A stretch of DNA of 63,325 bases, filler included, from Chiloscyllium plagiosum (Eukaryota): the NCBI RefSeq assembly GCF_004010195.1. It is 3 parts of one record of this genome, joined end to end, with 100 filler letters (N's around TTAATTAATTAA, not from the genome) between each part and the next. Parts side by side here need not be neighbours in the genome. Positions count along the whole stretch, not along the records: positions 30,251 to 58,981 come from NC_057710.1; positions 59,082 to 63,325 come from NC_057710.1; 1 more part is not named here. One strand, written 5' to 3'. The translations under genes were made by a program, and so were the position numbers. The notes beneath the pieces are model-generated. The model had not been told where the DNA came from and made no database searches. It worked only from the letters and a program-made list of their open reading frames with translations. Below are positions 51,137 through 62,300 of the stretch, one piece after another. The stretch's first letter is position 1, and each line of letters opens with the position of its first letter.

Positions 51137-51465
51137 TAGATTAGATTACTTACAGATTACTTACAGTATGGAAACAGGCCCTTCGGCCCAACAAGTCCAC
51201 ACCGACCCGCCGAAGCGCAACCCACCCATACCCATTCCCCTACATTTACCCCTGCATCTAACACTACGGGCAATTTAGCGTGGCCAATTCACCTGACCTG
51301 CACATTTTTGGACTGTGGGAGGAAACCGGAGCACCCGGAGGAAACCCACGCAGACACGGGAAGAATGTGCAAACTCCACACAGTCAGTCGCCTGAGGCGG
51401 GAATTGAACCCGGGTCTCTGGCGCTGTGAGGCAGAAGTGCTAACCACTGTGCAACCGTGCCGCCC
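51137..51465 (-). mobile_element. Young HE1-like V-SINE nested in a plus-strand family-B SINE (51040-51710)
   Basis: Full SINE; the host SINE resumes at aatttgatttcaa. Confidence 0.9.
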
Positions 51466-52199
51466 AAAATTTGATTTCAATTTTTTAAAAAATATGGAAT
51501 TAAGAGTCTAATGATGACCATGATTCCATTGTCAATTATTGGAAAAAGCCACCTAATTCACTAACGTCCTTCAGGGAAGGAAACTGCCTGGTCTGGCCTA
51601 CACGTGACTCCACACCCACAGCAATGTGGTTGACTCTTAACTGCCCTCTGGGCAATTAGGGATTAGCAATAAATGCTGACCCAGCCGGTGACACCAACCT
51701 CCTGTAAACAAAGACAGAAAAAATTCTTTAATCATAGAACCCCCGCATGTGAAAGGCACATAATATCCAAGAGTGTGGGATTTAAATCCTGGTCACAAGT
51801 AATCTTGATGAAACTATTGGTCATTATCGATTGATCATCATCATCTCTGTGAAGCAGAATTAGTCACAGGTGACATTAAACCTGTGGGACATGATTCACA
51901 AAGATGATCATAGATCTCATAGGCTGCACAAGGACATGGATTACACTTCCTCTCACCTTGAACTGTAAACATTCATTAATATGCTCTTATGGGAAATGCT
52001 GCGTTTCTTGGGTGCTGCAGGGATGGGGAATGGGAGGTAAGCTTTCAGGAATCACACACTTATTGTATTTGCATTACATGGTTTCCACTGCACATACTGG
52101 AATACGGTGACGACATTAAAAGTCCATGTAAGGATGTCCCATGTCCCACAGTACGGTGAAGTAAATTTGGAAATAAGTGCTCACATTACTGTTCTGTTT

Positions 52200-54100
52200 C
52201 TCATATTCTCCACACACGTTCATTGGCCGTGTGATGAATGGATCCAGCCATAGCAGGGATTATTGTTGCTGTTGCTGGCTGTAATGAAGGGATGGAGAAA
52301 TGGAGGTGGGACGGATGTGGCAGACGGGCCCAGGACCAGCAGAAAGCTCCAGTGACTGCTCCATCTGTGTGAGGGCATTCGCAGCTGAAGAACCCCTGAG
52401 GATGCATGCAACATGCTGGAGGCCCTGAGTCTATTGTCCTTGATGCTACTCCCTCCACATGAGTGGGGTGCAGTGACTCCACAGACTGAGGATGTGCCAT
52501 GCCACCATCGCAGAATAAAGCCACCTGGACTGAGAGCTGGCACCTGAAGGAATGGGTGGTCCAGTAAGCAGCAAAATGACAGGACCATCAAACCCTTAAG
52601 CAACGTGTTGCTGTGAAGGATCCACTGGGGATCTTTCAACCCTTGATCCACAAATGTATCACTTGTGTAACTTATGCGAAGTCGCAGCAGAGTCATAGAG
52701 GTCTACAACACAGCCCTTCAGCCCATCAAGTCTGCACTGCTGAAAGACAACCACCTAACGATTCTAACCCCATTCCCAGCCCTTGGCCCATAGTCTTGGC
52801 ATCACAAGTGCATATCTAAATCCTTCTTCAATGTGCTGAGGGTTTCCGCCTCTCCCACCCTCACAGGCAGTGAGTTCCAGGTTCCCACCAACCTCTGGGG
52901 GAAAACATTTTCCTCACATTGCCTTGAAACCTCCTGCTTCTCCCTTTCAATCTACACCCCCTAGTCATTGAATCCTCCCTCAGGGTAGAAACGTGTCTTC
53001 CTGCCTACCCTGTTTGTGTCACTCAGAATGCACCTCAATCATGTTCCTGATCACTCTCCTCTGCTCCAAGGAAAACAACCCCAGTCTGTCTGAATAAAAA
53101 CACAGTAACTCAGCAGATCTGACTGCATCTTGAGAGAAACAGAGTTACCATTTCAAATCCAGATCTTCTTCTTCAATCCAATCTCTCTTCAACACTAAAA
53201 TTCTCCAGCCCAGGCAGCATCCTGGTAAGTCTCCTCTGCACAATCACAGTCCCCCTATCACATGGATTCCAGAAATCATAGAATCCCTACAATGTGGAAA
53301 CAGGCCCTTCGGCCCAACAAGTCCATAACTGACCCTCCAAAGAATATCCCACCCAAACCCATTCCTCTACATTTACCTCTGACTAATGTACCTAACCTAC
53401 ACATCCCTGAACATTATGGGCAATTTAGTCTGGCCAATTCGCCTAACCTGCACATCTTTGGATTGTGGGAGGAAATCAGAGCCCCCAGAGGAAACACATG
53501 CAGACAAGGGGAGAATGTGCAAACTCCACACAGACAGTCGCCCGAGGCTGGAATCAAACCCAAGTTCCTGGTGCTGTGAGGCAATAGTGCTAACCACCAA
53601 GCCACCATACCGCCTCATATCACCGTTATTTTTCTAATAAATTTGGAAACTACTACCTGGAGACAAAAAGACCGGGATTTTCTGGTGAAACCTATTCTCA
53701 CAACACTTCTGTTAGTCACTTTGTGAAATAAAAATCCACTGTAATACCAGAACATCCCATGTTGGGGTCAGGACTGGGCAGTAGGTTTTGCCACGGGGGC
53801 CGGACGCTATAGTCTGCGCACATATTATGTTGAGACCTCCATATCATAACACAGCTGACATCCATCCACAGGAGAGGATACCCCAGGAACGCCATGATGT
53901 CTGTAGCCTTGAGAACCCTCATGTGCCTTCCTCATGGCAAGGGCCAGATGTACCTCAAGATGGATACTGGGAGACAAGAGCTACCCTCAGCAACCATCGC
54001 TGCTGACTCAGTGACACAACCCCCTGACAGAGGCAGAGTGCATATTTAATATAGCCCCTTCCTTGTGAAGCAGACTGCTGGCCTACTGACGATGAGGTTC
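52200..54100 (-). mobile_element. Possible very decayed PIF/Harbinger transposase relic, interrupted by CR1 and SINE
   Basis: Only weak motif echoes (VRPPWQN; HSNT..LLK..FCCL.D). Confidence 0.25.
53275..53613 (-). mobile_element. HE1-like V-SINE
   Basis: Head, V-domain, tail. Confidence 0.87.
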
Positions 54101-54294
54101 CAATGCTTGGATAGATCTGGAGGGTGTTGAGTACACCCCAAACAGCTTGACCACTAATACTGGCATGCTGCACACTGGAGCAGGCAGAGAGGGCAAACAG
54201 TGGACTCTGAAGAGTTGGGAGCATGGCAGCAGTGTTGATTTGATTTATTGATTGGGAAAAGCAACATGAGGACACTGCACAGGAGGAACATCAT

Positions 54295-54982
54295 TCAAAG
54301 TTTGTGCGAAGATTTGTAGCTCGGGTGCTCGTTGTTGTGGTTCTGTTCGCCGAGCTGGAAGCTTTTGTTGCAAACGTTTCATCCCCTGGCTAGGCGACAT
54401 CATCAGTGCTTGGGAGCCTCCTGCAAAGCGTTTCTTTGATGTTTCCTCCGGTGTTTATAGTGGTCTGTCCCTGCCGCTTCCGGTTGTCAGTTTCAACTGT
54501 CCTCTGTAGTGGTTGGTATATTGGGTCCAGGTCGATGTGTTTGTTGATGGAGTTTGTGGATGAATGCCATGCCTCTAGGAATTCCCTGACTGTTCTCTGT
54601 CTGGCTTACCCTATGATAGTAGTGTTGTCCCAGTCGAATTCATGTTGCTTGTTGTCTGCGTGTGTGGGCAGTGAATTCGACTGGGACAACACTACTATCA
54701 TAGGGCAAGCCAGACAGAGAACAGCCAGAGAATTCCTAGAGGCCATGGCATTCATCCACAAACTCCATCAACAAACACATCGACCTGGACCCAATATACC
54801 AACCACTACAGAGGACAGCTGAAACTGACAACCGGAAGCGGCAGGGACAGACCACTATAAATGCCGGAGGAAACATCAAAGAAGCGCTTCGCAGGAGGCT
54901 CCCAAGCATTGATGATGTCGCCTAGCCAGGGGACGAAACGTTTGCAACAAAAATTTCCAGCTCGGCGAACAGAACCACAACA
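54295..54982. mobile_element. Palindromic (fold-back) Penelope-like element
   Basis: TSD aggaacatcat (54284-54294 and 54983-54993); 54335-54641 is the inverse of 54673-54982; encodes the PLE C-terminus EFDWDNTTIIGQARQRTAREFLEA. Confidence 0.9.
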
Positions 54983-55292
54983 AGGAACATCATCTTCAGC
55001 ATAACAGAATGCAGCAGCTACAGACGAGACAGCACTTAATTGGCACACATTTCAAATAAATGGGAACTGGGTACAGTGATCCATCACTGTCTGTAAATTT
55101 GTTACAGCTCAAAAAGCAAGCAATCTCCATCTCACCTTAGAAACAAATGTTTGTTTTTGTTTCTTCACTTTTGCAGTGAATAAAAGTTTTCAACCATTTG
55201 AAGGCTTTCCAGTTTGCATGGTTCCACATTGAACAATACTTTAGGTGATAGTGGACATTGGGGAAAGAGTAGCACTCACTAGACAAGGTCAT

Positions 55293-55540
55293 GGGCACCG
55301 TGGCTCGGTGGTTAGCACTGTTGCCTCACAGCACCAGTGAGTGGGTTCGATTCCAGCCTTGGGCAACCGTCCACATGGAGTTTGCACATTCTCCCCGTTT
55401 CTGTGTGGGTTTCCTTCAGTTTCCTCCCACAGTCCAAAGATATGCAGGTTAGGAGGATTGGCCATGTTAAATTGCCTGTAGTGTCCAAGGATGTGCAGGC
55501 TAGGTGGGTTAGTCATGGTAAAAATGTGGAGTTATGGGAA
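55293..55540 (+). mobile_element. HE1-like V-SINE, older
   Basis: Head and V-domain. Confidence 0.8.
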
Positions 55541-55953
55541 TAGAATAGGGAACTGGGATTGACCTGGTGCCCACCTGGGCATTACAGCTGGCAATGGGGA
55601 TCCCAGGAGGTTTCACCAGTCATAAGCACTTCCACCTGTGTTAAGGTGTGTGATTTATGGATGTACAATTATATCACTTATTTTGGAAGTTAGATTTAAT
55701 ATGCCTGGCATGTGGATTTTGATCTGTTTGGTTGAGGACGTTCAATAATTAGCTTGTCAGTCTTCCAGAGCCATAACTGCTTTAAACAAATGGGAGACAG
55801 GGAATTTCTGGAGTCAAGCTGGGAATGTAGTTGCATCATGAGGATTTTACGATTGGACAGATCTTTTGGATTTAAAGAATCAGGAAGCGATATTGATCGG
55901 AACTCATACATTGGAAAGCTTTAAGGTTTAATTAATAGAAATTCTGGTTGAAG

Positions 55954-56275
55954 TTAGATTAGATTAGATTAGATGAGATTACATTACAGTGTGGAAACAG
56001 GCCCTTCGGCCCAACAAGCCCACACCGATCCACCGAAGCACAACCCACCCATACCCCTACATTTACCCCTTACCTAATACTATTTTAGCATGGCCAATTC
56101 ACCTGACCTGCACATCTTTGGACTGTGGGAGGAAACCGGAGCACCCGGAGGAAACCCACGCAGACACGGGGAGAACGTGCAAACTCCACACAGTCAGTCA
56201 CCTGAGGCGGGAATTGAACCCGGGTCTCTGGCACTGTGAGGCAACAGTGCTAACCACTGTGCCACCATGCCGCCC
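55954..56275 (-). mobile_element. HE1-like V-SINE, young, (ttaga)n tail
   Basis: Near identical to the 34510 and 38851 copies. Confidence 0.92.
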
Positions 56276-56592
56276 ACACGGTGAGAAGAACAGATGTGAG
56301 AAGAATTTCTGCTGGAGAATTCAGTTCAGATCAATCAGGGAATAAGTTACCACAGTGTAAGGGTTTTAGCTTGAAAGTTCCAGGCCAAAAGTGTTTGATT
56401 AGAACATTGAAGGTGTTATTTGAAACTGAGAAAGTCTAAGCTCAATTAAAGAAAAAGTTATCAACTTTTTTATTTCGTCCTGAGTCTTTTTTTTATTGAG
56501 TTTAAATTTTACCGCCTGCCATGATGGGATTTGAGCTGGAAATGTGTTGCTGGAAAAGCGCAGCAGGTCAGGCAGCATCCAGGGAACAGGAG

Positions 56593-56628
56593 AATCGACG
56601 TTTCGGGCATAAGCCCTTCTTCAGGATT
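56593..56628 (-). ncRNA. Minimal hammerhead ribozyme motif (Penelope-type)
   Basis: Minus strand: aatc-CTGAAGA-a-gggc ttat gccc-GAAA-cg-tc-gatt. Confidence 0.62.
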
Positions 56629-57004
56629 GAACCTGGGTCCCCTTTGTACCTCAAATAAAACAAAGAACTACGGATGCTGTCGATCTGAAACAAAAACAGA
56701 AATTGCTGGAAAAACTCAGTGGATCTGGCAGCATCTGTAGAAAGAAAGCAAAGTTAAAGTTTCAAGTCCAGTGACTCCTCATCAGATGTTAACAACCTCT
56801 CAAGGCATGAAGAAAGGTCACTGAACTCTGGTTCTCTCTCTGCTGGTTGACCTGCTGAATATTGACAACATTTTCAGTTATTATTGGACAATGTTTAACA
56901 GGCATTTGGATATGGGCCAAGTGCAGGGAAATGGGGTTAGCTTGAATGGATGTTTTGGTCAACATGGATCAGCTTGGGCCAAAGGGTCCTGCAGCACAGA
57001 GACA

Positions 57005-57535
57005 GGCCCAATGTGCAATTCTGGTCTCCTTCCTATCGGAAAGATGTTGTGAAACTTGAAAGGGTTCAGAAAAGATTTACAAGGATGTTGCCAGGGTTGG
57101 AGGATTTGAGCTACAGGGAGAGGCTGAACAGGCTGGGGCTGTTTTCCCTGGAGCGTCGGAGGCTGAAGGGTGACTTCTATAGGTTTATAAAATCATGAGA
57201 GGCATGGATAGGATAAATAGGCAAGACCTTTCCCTGGGATGGGAGAGTCCAGAACTAGAGGGCATAGGTTTAGGGCGAGAGGGGAAAAATTTAAAAGGGA
57301 CCTAAGGGGCAACATTTTCACTCAGAGGGTGGTGCGTGTATGGAATAAGCTGCCAGAGGAAGTGGTGGAGGCTGGTACAATTACAACATTTAAAAGGCAT
57401 CTGGATGAGTATGTGTTTGGAGGGATATGGGACAAGTGCTGGCAAATGGGACTAGGTTAGGTTGCGATATCTGTTCAACATGGACAAGTTGGACCAAAGG
57501 GCCTATTTCCTTGCTGTACACCTCTATGACTCTAA
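57005..57535 (+). mobile_element. CR1 3' fragment
   Basis: VQFWSPSYRKDVVKLERVQKRFTRMLPGLEDLSYRERLNRLGLFSLERRRL. Confidence 0.9.
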
Positions 57536-58689
57536 GTCAGATCTCGGACTGAAATCTGGCTTGATAGACAGTATTGTGTTTGAGCTAGTTTTAATGAGGT
57601 GATTTTTCATTGAAACACTTCTGGACAATAATGCAGATTCAGTTTAATACTAAAAAGTAACAAATAGCATTCATGTCAGACAATGACCATCTCCAAAAGT
57701 GAGAACCAAACCATTGTCCCTTGATATTCAATAGCATTACCATCACTGTATGCCCCACTATCAACTTCATGGGGGTTATTATTGACCAGAACTAAACCAG
57801 ACTCACCAAATAAATAACGTGGCTAAAACAGCAGGTCAGAATCCTGCACCAAGTAACTCACCTCCTGACCTCCTAAAGCTCGTCCATCATCGACAAGGCC
57901 CAAGGAGAGTAGTGGATTACTCCCTGCTATATAAAGCAGTCAGTACCTGTATAAGTACCTGTATAACTGTATAAGGCAGTTAGAGTTAGCTGACATCATA
58001 AAGGTTATCTCTGCCCAACAGGATAAAAAAGTTATAAAAATGTATGGTTAGAATAAAGATGTTTGATTTATTTAAGTGGATAAAGACTGAAGAAAGCTAC
58101 ACACAGAGAATTTGGGAAATAGCCCTGCATAAAGTGCAAAAAACTAGTATACCTGATGATAGAGAAGGCAGGCAATTGGGTATCAGGATGATCAGATCAG
58201 TCCACAATCTCATTGATTGGTGGAGGATACTGGATGGGATGAAGGGTCTACTTTGGCTCCTATGTCTTATAGTCTAAACAACTATACTTGAGATGAGATG
58301 ATCAGAGTTGTAGTTGCTCAGTTATCTATAATCTATGTTTCAATAGAAAAGGGTAATTATTCTTGTCTCGCTGTTTCACAAGATCAGGTGTAACAGGCTA
58401 TGTTAAGTAGTATGTAGGAAACTTTTAATTTTTTTAATCAAGATTGAATCTCTCTTCTATCAAATACCTCATGTGTGGGCATCCCTCCTCATTTGCTAGA
58501 CTAATGCCAAGGAGGAGGATTGGGTTCAGGGAATCTGCCCAAGGCATCTCAGGTGGTTCCAGCAACTTCAACCACACACCATCATACCAAGAATTTGAAA
58601 TGTTACTACCCTTCACTCGCCTGGATGAGTGCAGCCTCAACAATGCTCAAAATACTCAGCATCAGCCAAGACATAACAGTCGGGGGAAG

Positions 58690-58981
58690 TACCTGTCAGG
58701 AACAAGTTGATTCTTTTGGAAACAGTAGAGACAGATGACACTGTCAGTCCATGAGGCGGCCAGGTCTGTCAATCAAACGTTGGCGCGGAGGCAGAGCGGA
58801 AGAGTCGGACATCGCACAGAGCCGCGGTAATAGAGGACTCCATCGTGAGAGGAACTGACCGGGGTTTTTGTGGCAGCAGGCGGGACTTAAGGATGGTGTG
58901 TTGCCTTCCTGGTGCCAGGGTTAAAGACATCACAGACAGAGTGCAGGACATCCTCAAGGATGAAGGTGAAGAGCCAGAGGT
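58690..58981 (+). mobile_element. CR1 ORF1 (SGNH esterase-like) fragment running into a gap
   Basis: VIEDSIVRGTDRGFCGSRRDLRMVCCLPGARVKDITDRVQDILKDEGEEPE. Confidence 0.85.
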
Positions 58982-59081
58982 NNNNNNNNNNNNNNNNNNN
59001 NNNNNNNNNNNNNNNNNNNNNNNNNTTAATTAATTAANNNNNNNNNNNNNNNNNNNNNNNNNNNNNNNNNNNNNNNNNNNN

Positions 59082-59357
59082 TCGGCCCAACAAGTCCACA
59101 CCGCCCCCCGAAGTGCAACCCACCCATATCCCTACATTTACCCCTATACCTAACACTAGGGGCACTTTAGCATGGCCAATTCAACTGACCTGCACATCTG
59201 TGGACTGTGGGAGGAAACTGGAGCACCCGGAGGAAACCCACGCAGACACGGGGAGAATGTGCAAACTTCACACAGTCAGTCGCCTGAGGCGGGAATTGAA
59301 CCCGGATCTCAGGCGCTGTGAGGCAGCAGTGCTAACCACTGTACCACCGTGCCGCCC
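59082..59357 (-). mobile_element. HE1-like V-SINE (copy A of a duplicated pair)
   Basis: V-domain and head. Confidence 0.9.
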
Positions 59358-62300
59358 AATTCACCGCCTGTTCATGTGCCTATGGTCTGTATTCACCTAT
59401 TCCCTGCCTGTCCATGTGCCTATGGTCCATATCCCTCTATTCCCTGCCTGTTCATGTGCCTATGGTCTCTATTCATCTATTCGTTGCCTGTTCATGTGCC
59501 TATGGTCCATATCCCTCTATTCCCTGTCTGTTCATGTGCCTATGGTTCGTGTCCCTCTATTCCCTGTCTGTCCATGTGCCTATGGTCCGTATCACAGTCC
59601 CGTATTCCCAGTCTGTCCATGTGCCTATGGTCTGTATCCCTCTGTTCCCTGTCTGTCCATGTGCCTATGATCCATATTCCTCTATTCCCTGCCTGTTCAT
59701 GTGCCTATGGTCCGTATCGCCCTATTTCCTGCCTGTTCATGTGCCCATGGTCTGTATCCCTGTATTCCCTGCCTGTTCATGTGCCTATGGTCTGTATCCC
59801 TCTATTCCCTGTCTGTCCATGTGCCTATGGACTGTATCCCTCTATTCCCTGTCTGTCCATGTGCCAATAGTCTGTATCCCTCTATTCCCTGTCTGTCCAT
59901 GTGCCTATGGTCTGTATCCCTCAATTCCCTGTCTGTCCATGTGCCTATGGACTGTATTCCTCTATTCCCTGTCTGTTCATGTGCCTATGATCCGTATCCC
60001 TTTATTCCCTGTCTGTTCATGTGCCTATGGTCATCCCTCTATTCCCTGCCTGTCCATGTTTCTATGGACTGCATCCCTCTGTTCCCTGCCAGTTCATGTG
60101 CCTATGGTCCGTATCCCTCTATTCCCTGCCTGTCCATGTTTCTATGGACTGCATCCCTCTGTTCCCTGCCAGTTCATGTGCCTATGGTCCGTATCCCTCT
60201 ATTCCCTGCCTGTCCATGTTTCTATGGACTGCATCCCTCTGTTCCCTGCCAGTTCATGTGCCTATGGTCCGTATCCCTCTATTCCCTGCCTGTCCATGTT
60301 TCTATGGACTGCATCCCTCTGTTCCCTGCCAGTTCATGTGCCTATGGTCCGTATCCCTCTATTCCCTGCCTGTCCATGTTTCTATGGACTGCATCCCTCT
60401 GTTCCCTGCCAGTTCATGTGCCTATGGTCCGTATCCCTCTATTCCCTGCCTGTCCATGTTTCTATGGACTGCATCCCTCTGTTCCCTGCCAGTTCATGTG
60501 CCTATGGTCCGTATCCCTCTATTCCCTGCCTGTCCATGTTTCTATGGACTGCATCCCTCTGTTCCCTGCCAGTTCATGTGCCTATGGTCCGTATCCCTCT
60601 ATTCCCTGCCTGTCCATGTTTCTATGGACTGCATCCCTCTGTTCCCTGCCAGTTCATGTGCCTATGGTCCGTATCCCTCTATTCCCTGCCTGTCCATGTT
60701 TCTATGGACTGCATCCCTCTGTTCCCTGCCAGTTCATGTGCCTATGGTCCGTATCCCTCTATTCCCTGCCTGTCCATGTTTCTATGGACTGCATCCCTCT
60801 GTTCCCTGCCAGTTCATGTGCCTATGGTCCGTATCCCTCTATTCCCTGCCTGTCCATGTTTCTATGGACTGCATCCCTCTGTTCCCTGCCAGTTCATGTG
60901 CCTATGGTCCGTATCCCTCTATTCCCTGCCTGTCCATGTTTCTATGGACTGCATCCCTCTGTTCCCTGCCAGTTCATGTGCCTATGGTCCGTATCCCTCT
61001 ATTCCCTGCCTGTCCATGTTTCTATGGACTGCATCCCTCTGTTCCCTGCCAGTTCATGTGCCTATGGTCCGTATCCCTCTATTCCCTGCCTGTCCATGTT
61101 TCTATGGACTGCATCCCTCTGTTCCCTGCCAGTTCATGTGCCTATGGTCCGTATCCCTCTATTCCCTGCCTGTCCATGTTTCTATGGACTGCATCCCTCT
61201 GTTCCCTGCCAGTTCATGTGCCTATGGTCCGTATCCCTCTATTCCCTGCCTGTCCATGTTTCTATGGACTGCATCCCTCTGTTCCCTGCCAGTTCATGTG
61301 CCTATGGTCCGTATCCCTCTATTCCCTGCCTGTCCAATGTTTCTATGACTGCATCCCTCTGTTCCCTGCCAGTTCATGTGCCTATGGTCCGTATCCCTCT
61401 ATTCCCTGCCTGTCCATGTTTCTATGGACTGCATCCCTCTGTTCCCTGCCAGTTCATGTGCCTATGGTCCGTATCCCTCTATTCCCTGCCTGTTCATGTT
61501 TCTATGGACTGCATCCCTCTGTTCCCTGCCTGTTCATATGCCTATGGTCTGTATCCCTCTATTCCCTGTCTGTTCATGTGCCTATGTTCTGTATCCCTCT
61601 ATTCCCTGTCTGCCCATGTGCCTATGGACCGTATTCGTCTATTCGAGATTTGGTTTTGATTTGGATTACATTACAGTGTGGAAACAGGCCCTTCGGCCCA
61701 ACAAGTCCACACCATCCCACCTAAGCGCAACCCACCCATACCCCTACAATTACCCCTTACCTACCACTACGGGCACTTTAGCATGACCAATTCACCTGAC
61801 CTGCACATCTGTGGACTGTGGGTGGAAACTGGAGCACCCGGAGGAAACCCACGCAGACACGGGGAGAACGTGCAAACTCCACACAGTCAGTCGCCTGAGG
61901 CGGGAATTGAACCCAGGTCTCAGGCGCTGTGAGGCAGCAGTGCTAACCACTGTACCAGCGTGCCACTCAATTCCCTGCCTGTTCATGTGCCTATGGTCTG
62001 TATTCATCTATTCCCTGCCTGTTCATGTGCCTGAGGTCCGTATCCCTCTATTCACTGCCTGTTCATGTTCCTATGGCCCGTATCCCTCTATTCCCTGCCA
62101 GGTTCATGTGCCTATGGTCTTTATCCCTCTATTCCCAGTCTGTCCATATGCCTTGGGTCCGTATCCCTCTATTCCCTGTCTGTCCATGTGACTATGGTCC
62201 GTATTCCTCTATTCCCTGCCTGTTCATGTGCCTATGGTCTTTATCCCTCTATTCCCTGTCTGTCCATATGCCTATGGTCCGTATCCCTCTATTCCCTGCC

